In this document: positions 1 through 7,547 of the stretch, piece by piece
Layout: each line of letters starts with the position of its first letter
Numbering within the stretch: position 1 is the stretch's first letter
Origin: a bacterium
Lineage (GTDB): Bacteria > Zhuqueibacterota > Zhuqueibacteria > Oceanimicrobiales > Oceanimicrobiaceae
Direction: 5' to 3'
NCBI GenBank assembly: GCA_046758365.1
Contig: JBHIAC010000049.1
Span: 1 to 19,626, forward strand
Length of the DNA: 19,626 nucleotides
The notes under the pieces: model-generated
The model's database searches: none
The model's input: only the letters and a program-made list of their open reading frames with translations
What the model was told of the DNA's origin: nothing
Translations under genes and position numbers: made by a program

Positions 1-387
1 CACAGATTCTCTGCCAATTCCACTACCTCCCCACTGAACAAAATCTTCCATAAAACTGGCAATTCCAAAATTTCCAGTATTTCCGTCGACATCATTGTAA
101 AGTCCTAAATCGGCTGAAGCATCGTTTAAGTTAAAACTGCTGAGGGCCAATATGCCATCTGGAGCTAAGTTCAAATTTCCACTTACAACAGTCAAATTAC
201 TAATTTGCGCATAAGAAAAACGGGAGCAAACCCACATATTAGAAACATCAACCGAAGAAGTTCCGAAATTCTTTAATTCAATCTGATCACCCGTAGTTGA
301 ATAAAAAACTTCATTTATTTTCACCTGTGCCGTTAGAATTGAGGGAATGAGCATAATTAAAATTAATAACAAGGTAAGATACTTCAT
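1..387 (-). CDS. Secreted protein with N-terminal lamin-tail-domain (LTD)-like region; 5' part only, runs off the window start
   Basis: Not in the ORF track; translated by hand. SD AAAGGAGG precedes ATG at 387. MKYLTLLLILIMLIPSILTA-Q looks like a signal peptide, followed by VKINEVFY...DQIELKNFGTSSVDVSNMW (LTD-like INEV/IELxN/VDxS motifs) and DFVQWG. Open to base 1. Confidence 0.75.
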   Translation of the reverse strand, partial: MKYLTLLLILIMLIPSILTAQVKINEVFYSTTGDQIELKNFGTSSVDVSNMWVCSRFSYAQISNLTVVSGNLNLAPDGILALSSFNLNDASADLGLYNDVDGNTGNFGIASFMEDFVQWGGSGIGRESV

Positions 388-459
388 AACATCCTCCTTT
401 CGTTTTGTTAATTAAAAGATTAAAAAGTGGTTATATTTTATTTCTTTACATCTTTTAGG

Positions 460-520
460 AAACGCTGACTCCGAAAGCATTCGGGGTTAGCGTTTGTTCC
501 GTTTATTGGTGGTCAGCGTC
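460..520. repeat. 16-bp imperfect palindrome (REP-like) with a competing pairing partner
   Basis: AAACGCTGACTCCGAA-AGCA-TTCGGGGTTAGCGTTT at 460-495. GGTCAGCGTC (511-520) is also complementary to 461-470. Confidence 0.6.
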
Positions 521-790
521 TTGACACAGTTTCAAAGGCATCAAATTTTATTGTCTTTATCAAAAGCTTAAGACCACAGGTAAAGCCATCGTTATAACTA
601 ACAAAAAAGGTATCTATTTTATTTCATGAATATCCATTACCGCATAGGTTGTTTCCACCAAGGTCCCTGTGAAAGCCAACACAATTTGTTTAATGGTTTC
701 TAATAGCTTGGTCCTTGATTTTTAAGAAAGTGTTTAGTTATTAAAGGAATGCGCTTCAACTAAGTATTGCCGGACGTTCTGAAAAACTGC

Positions 791-819
791 TTGACAAAGT
801 CGGTGTATTTTTTTAGATT
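791..819 (+). promoter_or_regulatory. sigma70-type promoter of tRNA-Val
   Basis: TTGACA (791-796), 17 bp spacer, TAGATT (814-819), ending 14 bp before the tRNA. Confidence 0.75.
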
Positions 820-833
820 AAAAAAGTTGCTAA

Positions 834-907
834 GGGCGATTAGCTCAGTTGGTTAGAGCGCTGGTCTCACATACCAGAGGTCACTGGTTCGAATCCAGTA
901 TCGCCCA
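834..907 (+). tRNA. tRNA-Val (anticodon CAC)
   Basis: Cloverleaf: acceptor GGGCGAT/ATCGCCC plus discriminator A, D-arm GCTC/GAGC, anticodon stem CTGGT/ACCAG with loop CT-CAC-AT, T-arm ACTGG-TTCGAAT-CCAGT. CCA is not encoded. Confidence 0.97.
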
Positions 908-937
908 CATTGAAAGATTCAAAATAAAAATTAGAGT

Positions 938-963
938 GGCTCGCAATTTTGTGGGCCTTTTTT
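938..963 (+). terminator. Intrinsic terminator after tRNA-Val
   Basis: GGCTCGCA...TGTGGGCC stem with G-U pairs on the + strand, followed by T6. Confidence 0.75.
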
Positions 964-1185
964 GTTGGTTGGTAATGATGTGCAAATTTTAAAAGTAAAA
1001 AATTATTTCATATAAGATACAATCTGCAAGATGACAATTTTTTGGTATCTTAAATAAATTGAAACTTCTAAAGGTTCAATGAATTTAGATAACAGCACAT
1101 CGATAATTTATAGAAATTATATTTATGACCGAAAATAAATACAACGTTAATAAATATATATGAAATTATACAAAAAGGAACTAAT

Positions 1186-1923
1186 ATGATAAAACTTAAA
1201 TCCGATTTACATCTTCATACCTGCGATGACCCAAAAGACTCAATAAATCATACAGCTAAAGAATTAATTGACTTAGCTGCACAACAGGGCTTCCATGTTC
1301 TTTCAATAACCAATCATGATACATATACATTTAGTAGTGATATAGAAAATTACGCCTGTGACAGAGGTATACTTTTGATACCTGGTATTGAAAAGAAAAT
1401 TGAAGGAAAGCATGTATTAATTTTAAACGCAAATCAAGCTACCCAAAAAATAAAATCATTTGAAGATTTAAGAAAAGCAAAAGAAGATGAAATATTTGTG
1501 ATAGCTCCTCACCCTTTTTTTAAAACCCATATTTGCTTGGAGAAAAAACTGTTGGAAAACATAGATCTTTTTGATGCAATAGAATATACCTTTTTCTATT
1601 CCAAGTATGTAAATTTTAATAAAAAGGCAGTAAAGTTGGCCAAAGAAAAGGGGCTCCCGGTCGTTGGTAATTCTGATTGTCATGTATTGAAGTACATGGG
1701 TATTTGCCATTCGATTATTAATGCTAATAGCCAAACAGTAGAAGATATATTTTCTGCCATGCGGAAGAAAAATGTGGATGTTGTTAGTAAGCCAATTTTT
1801 TTCCCAAAATTATGTGCCATATTTTTAACCATTGTAACTACCAGATATAAAATTAAACGAAAACGAAAGATAGAAGTGTTAAATATAAATCAAGAGAAAA
1901 TAATTGAAGAAAGCTATGTTTAA
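1186..1923 (+). CDS. PHP domain (polymerase/histidinol phosphatase family) metal-dependent hydrolase
   Basis: DLHLHT, ITNHD, PGIE, APHP and GNSDCH motifs; AAGGA RBS. Confidence 0.88.
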   Translation: MIKLKSDLHLHTCDDPKDSINHTAKELIDLAAQQGFHVLSITNHDTYTFSSDIENYACDRGILLIPGIEKKIEGKHVLILNANQATQKIKSFEDLRKAKEDEIFVIAPHPFFKTHICLEKKLLENIDLFDAIEYTFFYSKYVNFNKKAVKLAKEKGLPVVGNSDCHVLKYMGICHSIINANSQTVEDIFSAMRKKNVDVVSKPIFFPKLCAIFLTIVTTRYKIKRKRKIEVLNINQEKIIEESYV

Positions 1924-2054
1924 GGCGTTTAGAACAACTTTGCACACAGGAAATAGCAATATTAAGCTTAATTGGCTTATTATTTATTTGGAATATATTT
2001 GATAAGATTTAATGATTAAAAATAGCGTTGAGTGTTTCGTTTTTTCAAGAGCGA

Positions 2055-2291
2055 TTATTTCTTTTTTTTCTTAAATTTTTTCTCGACAATTTCTGATATT
2101 CCTCCTCCAATTACAAGGCCCAAAACAAATCCGAAAGGTATTCCTAAACCTACCCACATTTCCATGTTTCCTATCACTGAACCTATAACAGCTCCGGTGC
2201 CAATCCCCGTAGCTATACCCAAGAACAAACCAAGTCCTAAATAAATATAAGTGCTTCGGTCATTGTTGTTGTACTTCTGTGAATCTGCCAT
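2055..2291 (-). CDS. Small membrane protein with glycine zipper (two TM helices, basic C-terminus)
   Basis: GxxxG repeats (LGLGLFLGIATGIGTGAVIG / VGLGIPFGFVLGLVIGGG) and a KKFKKKKK tail. Start moved to ATG 2291 because GGTGAG lies just upstream. Confidence 0.7.
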   Translation of the reverse strand: MADSQKYNNNDRSTYIYLGLGLFLGIATGIGTGAVIGSVIGNMEMWVGLGIPFGFVLGLVIGGGISEIVEKKFKKKKK

Positions 2292-2443
2292 AATTTTCTC
2301 ACCCATTGTAATGATATAAAATTTTTTTAAATCTCTAAGTTAGTTAAAATTTCTCTATTAATATTGTATCTAAGCGTTAATTAATCATTAATTTTCAAAA
2401 TTTTTACAATTTTGTCAAGTAAAATATAAAAAATAGTTTTTAG

Positions 2444-2461
2444 AATTACCAAATTGTAATT
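2444..2461. promoter_or_regulatory. Palindromic putative activator site
   Basis: AATTAC-CAAATT-GTAATT, with related TTAC-N6-GTCA at 2404-2417; about 170 bp upstream of a sigma54-like promoter. The AT-rich context makes chance possible. Confidence 0.35.
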
Positions 2462-2627
2462 GCTATTAATCTATTAGGAAAATTTTGTAATTAAATTTTA
2501 GCTTATATGGAACAAATTTCCTATCTAAATACTTCAGGTTTTTAATTAAAGAAAATAAATTATTTTTATCTACCTATTTTTCTCAAATTATCTAATTAAT
2601 AAAATGTAAATTTTATTTTGAATCTTT

Positions 2628-2642
2628 TGGAACACAGATTGC
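2628..2642 (+). promoter_or_regulatory. sigma54 (-24/-12) promoter of the GWxTD gene
   Basis: TGGAAC-ACAGA-TTGC: GG-N10-GC spacing matching the TGGCACG-N4-TTGC consensus. Confidence 0.6.
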
Positions 2643-2734
2643 CGTATTTATCAAATCTTGGTTTGAAAGATATCCTTTCATAGTTTTAATTGAAAAAAGC
2701 AAAAACAACTATTCATTTTAAGGAGATAGGCCCC

Positions 2735-4090
2735 ATGAATTTAGCTTTTTTAGTTTTTAAGAATCGGGCTATTACGCAGGGAACGCGAATGATTTTGTTA
2801 ATTTTACCTTTCATGATTAGTCCAACTTTAGTTTTTCCAATCCCGATTGATTCCGGTGTAGAACAGCAAAATTATTATTTTGAATTTCTTTGTTTCAAAG
2901 CAGGTAAAGGTGAAAAATCTTTTTTGGAAATATTTTGTCAAATCCCAACTCAAAACCTTCAATTTATAAAAATCAACGATGAATTCTGCGCCAGCTACGA
3001 GCTTTCGATTGCTCTTTATGATTGGAATATATATGAAGTGGCGAGGTCAAGTTATAGTGATACGATTAAAGTTCCCTCTTTTAAAGATATCGGAATTCTT
3101 AAATCAACTCAATTAATCCGATTTACATTTTTAGTTAAACCCGGCGATTACGTAGCTCAAGTCCGTTTAACTGACCTAGAAACCCGTTCCTATATCAGTT
3201 TTAAGAAAAATATTAAAGTTCCTGACTATGGCAAATCAAACCTTAAACTCAGCGACCTTCAAATTGCTTCTTCTATTACACCTACTGATGAAGAGTCTAT
3301 TCTGGTCAAAAGTGGTAGGAAAATAATTCCTAATGTTCCGCGGATTTTTGGGCCGGGGCTTGATTTATTGTATGTCTATTTAGAGATTTATAACCTTCAT
3401 TACAGTCCAGAAAAACCTAACCAGGAACTTCATGCAACCGTTATTATTCAAAATAAAAAAGGGGTCGAAGTTAAATCAGAAGAGCTTAGATTGGATAAAC
3501 CTGGAAACTCATGTGCTCTAAGTGTAGGAATTCCTGTTGAAGGACTTGAATCAGGACAATATAAACTGATTTTAAGAGTTGAAGATCGGAACAGTGCGCA
3601 AAAAGCTCAAAAGTCTACCCATTTCAATATAGTTGAGCCTTTCTATAAATTTACGATAAAAGAATACAATAAATTTGTTCGTCAGCTTAGTTATATCGCC
3701 TCCCATAGTGAAATAACGTATTTAAAATCTTTACCCAAACAGGAACGACTTCAGGGTATTTATAAATTTTGGCAAGAAAGGGATCCTACTCCAGGAACAG
3801 AACAAAACGAATTTATGATAGAATTTTATCGAAGATTACAATATGCCAATAAACATTTTTTTGGTATGAGTGGAGAAGGGTGGGAAACGGCACAAGGTAA
3901 AATATATATTAAAAATGGACCCCCTGATTACATCGATCATGTGTCCTCAGGCATGCACAAAAAATCCTACGAGGTATGGGAATATTTTGATTTGAATCGT
4001 AAATATATATTTGTAGAAGATTGGAAGTTAGGTGAGTATCGTTTGCTTAAACCTGACGATACTTGGGGTAAAGGGTTTTCTTTTTACTAA
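2735..4090 (+). CDS. GWxTD domain-containing exported protein
   Basis: C-terminal FWQERDPTPGTEQNEFMIEFYRRLQYANKHF...GWETAQGKIYIKNGPPD...YEVWEY; N-terminal hydrophobic segment; beta-rich middle. Start placed at ATG 2735 after AAGGAG. Confidence 0.85.
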   Translation: MNLAFLVFKNRAITQGTRMILLILPFMISPTLVFPIPIDSGVEQQNYYFEFLCFKAGKGEKSFLEIFCQIPTQNLQFIKINDEFCASYELSIALYDWNIYEVARSSYSDTIKVPSFKDIGILKSTQLIRFTFLVKPGDYVAQVRLTDLETRSYISFKKNIKVPDYGKSNLKLSDLQIASSITPTDEESILVKSGRKIIPNVPRIFGPGLDLLYVYLEIYNLHYSPEKPNQELHATVIIQNKKGVEVKSEELRLDKPGNSCALSVGIPVEGLESGQYKLILRVEDRNSAQKAQKSTHFNIVEPFYKFTIKEYNKFVRQLSYIASHSEITYLKSLPKQERLQGIYKFWQERDPTPGTEQNEFMIEFYRRLQYANKHFFGMSGEGWETAQGKIYIKNGPPDYIDHVSSGMHKKSYEVWEYFDLNRKYIFVEDWKLGEYRLLKPDDTWGKGFSFY

Positions 4091-4123
4091 AGAGTTCAAA
4101 TTACCTGAATCTTAATAATTTAA

Positions 4124-4282
4124 TTACTTTATTATAACTAAACCATATTCAGCAGCTTCGTTAGCCATTTTCACCAACACTATTCTTGCTTCCTTTGGTG
4201 TAGAAATAGTACTATCAAAATCAAATCGATAAAATTTACCATCGACTAAAACATCGAATCCCTCATCGGCAATTCCAATCAT
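4124..4282 (-). pseudogene. Remnant of DUF2470 (HugZ/pyridoxamine-5'-phosphate-oxidase-like family C-terminal domain)
   Basis: Manual translation MIGIADEGFDVLVDGKFYRFDFDSTISTPKEARIVLVKMANEA resembles the MxGIDxxGFD...RFxF...EARxxLVxMA pattern. An in-frame TAA lies 6 codons upstream and there is no N-terminal domain. Confidence 0.6.
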
Positions 4283-4344
4283 CTTAACCTGTTGGGTTTA
4301 GATACCTTAATGCTGACCTTTTTTAATTGCGAAGAAGAATATTC

Positions 4345-4373
4345 TTGCAAACTCTCAAATTAAATTGTATATT
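4345..4373 (+). promoter_or_regulatory. sigma70-type promoter of the metallophosphoesterase gene
   Basis: TTGCAA, 17 bp spacer, TATATT. Confidence 0.55.
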
Positions 4374-4408
4374 TCTTTAAACAAAAGCAAATTAAACTAA
4401 ATTATTTT

Positions 4409-5137
4409 ATGAGATACGCTATCATTTCTGACATTCATGGAAATTTAGAAGCCCTTCAAAAGGTTTTAGCAGAAATAGATAAAAAACAAGTAGATGAAAT
4501 ACTTTGTTTAGGGGATATTGTTGGTTATGGACCCAACCCAAATGAATGTGTGAATATTATTAGGGAAATAGCGAAAGTCACCCTTGCAGGCAATCATGAC
4601 TATGCGCCCTTGGGCAAATTAGATGTGTCCTATTTTAATCCTTGGGCACGAAGTGCTATCCATTGGACTGCAGATGAATTAACCCAGTCTTCAAGAGATT
4701 TTTTATTGAGTTTGCCTTTAAAAATTGAACGTGATGGTTTAACAATTGTCCATTCCACCCCCTATAATCCTGAAGAGTGGAATTACATTATTACAATTGG
4801 AGATGCGGTAAGAAATTTCCCTGAATTTTCGGATAAAGTCTGTTTCGTAGGTCATTCTCATGTACCTATAATTATGTCCGAGAATGAGAATGTGGATTAT
4901 CATGTGGTTAGAGAAAATCCGTTAAAATTAAAAAGGTCTACGCGATATATAATCAATGTGGGTAGTGTAGGACAGCCGAGAGATTTGAATCCAAAAGCCG
5001 CATACGCAATTTATGATAACTCCAAAAAGGTTTATGAATTGTTTCGAGTTGAATACGATATTGCCGAGACTCAAAGAAAAATCAGAATTACAAGTTTACC
5101 TGAATTTTTAGCAGAGCGTTTAGAAAAAGGACAGTAG
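4409..5137 (+). CDS. Calcineurin-like metallophosphoesterase (YfcE/MJ0912-type)
   Basis: SDIHGN, GDIVGYG, GNHD, GHSH and INVGSVGQPRD motifs. Confidence 0.92.
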   Translation: MRYAIISDIHGNLEALQKVLAEIDKKQVDEILCLGDIVGYGPNPNECVNIIREIAKVTLAGNHDYAPLGKLDVSYFNPWARSAIHWTADELTQSSRDFLLSLPLKIERDGLTIVHSTPYNPEEWNYIITIGDAVRNFPEFSDKVCFVGHSHVPIIMSENENVDYHVVRENPLKLKRSTRYIINVGSVGQPRDLNPKAAYAIYDNSKKVYELFRVEYDIAETQRKIRITSLPEFLAERLEKGQ

Positions 5138-5271
5138 AACATTTTAACACATAATTGTTCAGGATCTGAATCCTTGACGATGGTGTAAAAATAGGATAAT
5201 TTCAACTTTATAGTTAACCCATAATTTTTTACAGCAAATCATATTTTTAATTGTCACGGGAGGTGCATTCT

Positions 5272-5781
5272 ATGGAACTGACACCTAGAAAAAATGGACA
5301 GCAGCTCATACTTTCAGAAGAAGTGTACGACGGTATAAATGAAATAATAAATGATTTGGCTGCAAATACCCGGGCAGACATGATAGTTTTCTGTGAAACA
5401 AACGGTTATCCGGTAACCAACAAAGGAAGTATTCCAGGAGTAGATATGCTGGCAATCTCTTCCTTAGCAGCGAATAATTTTTCTGCTACCGCAGAGATGG
5501 CTTCTATGATTGGTGAACCTGGAAGCTTTAAGTTTTTGTTTCATGAAGGGAAACAAAAAAACATTTATCTTTCTAATGTGAGATTTGACTTTATTTTAAT
5601 AGTTGTCTTTAACGTGAACGTGGCTTTGGGCATAGTTAGAATTTATACTAAAAAAGCGATTGAGTTACTGAATAAACTATTGCAATCCGCAAAAAAGGAA
5701 GTGGATAAATCTGCTGAATTTCTGGATTTGGAATTCAAGTCACTTTTAAGTAAAGAGTTGAACCGTTCTTTGAAGATGTAA
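5272..5781 (+). CDS. mglB: MglB-family Roadblock/LC7 protein (GAP partner of MglA)
   Basis: Aligns by eye with Myxococcus MglB (SSLAANNFSAT, IGE, FHEG, LGIVR); has a C-terminal acidic/amphipathic tail; lies directly upstream of mglA. GGGAGG SD supports ATG 5272. Confidence 0.85.
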   Translation: MELTPRKNGQQLILSEEVYDGINEIINDLAANTRADMIVFCETNGYPVTNKGSIPGVDMLAISSLAANNFSATAEMASMIGEPGSFKFLFHEGKQKNIYLSNVRFDFILIVVFNVNVALGIVRIYTKKAIELLNKLLQSAKKEVDKSAEFLDLEFKSLLSKELNRSLKM

Positions 5782-5804
5782 GGTATATCTTACTACGAAT
5801 AAAT

Positions 5805-6395
5805 ATGTTCATTAATGAGGGCCTGCAAGAAATTAATCTGAAGATAGTTTATTATGGACCTGGTTTAAGTGGAAAAACTACCAATTTAGAATACATCTAT
5901 AACTGCCTTGATCCTACCTTACGCAGCGACTTAGTAACTTTGAAAACCCGAGAAGAACGCACGCTCTATTTTGACTTTATGCAATTTGAACTGGGGCGAA
6001 TCAAAGGTAAAAAACCGAGATTTAGTCTTTACACTGTTCCAGGACAGGTCTATTACTTTTTTAGCCGAAAAATTATACTCAGAGGTGTAGATGGCATTGT
6101 ATTTGTCGCAGATTCTCAAAAGCATCGTATGAGCGATAATTTGGATTCTCTGTTGGATTTAGAAAAGAATTTAATTGAAATGGGACATTCTTTACAAAAT
6201 TTTCCTTGTGTTTTTCAATACAACAAAAGAGATTTACCACAAATTGAAAAAGTAGAGAATCTCCAATCTAAACTGAATTTCAACGGAGTGCCCTATTTTG
6301 AGGCCGTGGCTACCCAAGGAATAGGAGTTATAGGTACATTAAAAACTTCCATTTCAGAAGTGTTAGATAAAATTCATTCAATGGTTTATCAATAA
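5805..6395 (+). CDS. mglA: MglA-family small Ras-like GTPase
   Basis: EINLKIVYYGPGLSGKTTNL (G1), ERTLYFDF (intrinsic Arg finger), YTVPGQ, GVDGIVFVADSQ and NKRD (G4). Confidence 0.93.
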   Translation: MFINEGLQEINLKIVYYGPGLSGKTTNLEYIYNCLDPTLRSDLVTLKTREERTLYFDFMQFELGRIKGKKPRFSLYTVPGQVYYFFSRKIILRGVDGIVFVADSQKHRMSDNLDSLLDLEKNLIEMGHSLQNFPCVFQYNKRDLPQIEKVENLQSKLNFNGVPYFEAVATQGIGVIGTLKTSISEVLDKIHSMVYQ

Positions 6396-6599
6396 AATCC
6401 AAGCGCGGTGAAGACGCAAATAACATTAACTTGGTCAATTATGATTCAATAAAAGGGTAATAAGGATATAAGGTAACGATCAGAGATTAATCGGACACTT
6501 GTACCATATATCGTTATACCTCTAAAGGCTTTCAACACATTCAATTTTTTTGCCAAAAAAATAAAAACTTGATTGGAAATACTATAAGAGTATGATTAT

Positions 6600-6983
6600 A
6601 TGAACGAATCTCAGTCTCCACAAATGGTCATTCAAGAAAGGATGAGGGAAATTTCAGAACTAGGGAATTATGATATGGTACATCTGTTTTCCAACGAAGG
6701 GTTACCAATAGCGGAATATTATCGCGATCAGATCGTTGAAAAAGATCGTTTGGTGGAACTATCAATGTTATTTCGTGAAGTTAAAAAAATGGCTGATGTT
6801 ATGGGAAAAATTTCTAGCGTGAAAGAGATGATTATTGAAGGTTATAATCAACGTAAAATTGTTTTTAGATTTTTTCATGCCTTTAATCAGGAAGTTGTAC
6901 TCGCTATTGTGGTTCCTCCTAAAAAAACATATAGAGCTCTTACCAATACTTTGGTAAGAATTATTGAAAAAATCTCTTTTTGA
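6600..6983 (+). CDS. Divergent Roadblock/LC7-fold protein
   Basis: Helix, LFSNEGLPIA (LxSxDGLxIA-like), helix, strands EMIIEG/KIVFRFF/VVLAIVV and a final helix, matching roadblock topology; 127 aa; follows mglA. Confidence 0.65.
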   Translation: MNESQSPQMVIQERMREISELGNYDMVHLFSNEGLPIAEYYRDQIVEKDRLVELSMLFREVKKMADVMGKISSVKEMIIEGYNQRKIVFRFFHAFNQEVVLAIVVPPKKTYRALTNTLVRIIEKISF

Positions 6984-7051
6984 TCTATCTTAAATAACCT
7001 TTCATAATTACTGCTCTCATTTACTCCAATCTAATAAAATTATAATTGTAA

Positions 7052-7072
7052 GGGTCAAAATATTTTAGACCC
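7052..7072. terminator. Hairpin between the roadblock gene and the convergent candidate sRNA
   Basis: GGGTC-AAAATATTTTA-GACCC inverted repeat; no clear U-tract on the + strand. Confidence 0.35.
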
Positions 7073-7078
7073 CAAAAT

Positions 7079-7190
7079 AAAAAAAGCCGCCCAATGCGTC
7101 TCCCGTACATTGAGCGGCATCCCATAAATCCGGCCGGGCCTTATACTTCAGGGAGGAGAAACCGGATTTCACAACCACCACACATCAAAC
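7079..7190 (-). ncRNA. Candidate small RNA (two hairpins, anti-SD loop, intrinsic terminator)
   Basis: Minus strand: GU-rich 5' segment; 10-bp stem AAAUCCGGUU/GGCCGGAUUU enclosing UCUCCUCCCU; then 12-bp stem GCCGCUCAAUGU/GCAUUGGGCGGC and U7. All four wobble pairs are G-U only on the minus strand, and no minus-strand CDS lies upstream to explain the terminator. The 5' end is uncertain. Confidence 0.6.
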
Positions 7191-7402
7191 TTTATAATAC
7201 TAATATTAATATTTCTATTACCATGGTTAATATTCACTTTTTGCAATGTTTTATAAATTACATTATAATAGACTGTAAAAATTCGTAAAATCTCTCAAAT
7301 AATTTTCCCAAAGATAAAAAAAATTATTTCACTCTTGATTTTAGCTTTGGAAGCTGTCTTTTTGATAATATAAGGTGTTCGACATTTCTGTTTGAACAAG
7401 GG

Positions 7403-7420
7403 TGTATCAACTCTGATACA
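7403..7420. promoter_or_regulatory. Perfect palindrome, putative enhancer-binding-protein site
   Basis: TGTATCA-ACTC-TGATACA (TGT-N12-ACA), about 130 bp upstream of a sigma54-like element. Confidence 0.5.
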
Positions 7421-7547
7421 TTGTATTTGGGATAAACAAATAAATATCTGATAGTTAGAGATTGTTAATATAACTTAACAATAATTATTGACTCTAATTT
7501 TATAATAATTAAAAGATTACAAATCTTTTTTGCTAATTTAATTTATT

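Noticed and set aside
613..720. Short minus-strand open frame (..KQIVLAFTGTLVETTYAVMDIHEIK*)
   Set aside because: Bounded by an upstream stop with no SD-supported start and no recognisable similarity.
6396..6460. c-di-GMP-I riboswitch suggested by GACGCAAA at 6413-6420
   Set aside because: The P1 stem, GNRA tetraloop/receptor and downstream conserved elements are absent.
7094..7288. 64-aa + strand ORF from the track
   Set aside because: No SD and atypical composition; it overlaps the antisense of two strand-specific hairpins that are better explained as a minus-strand RNA.
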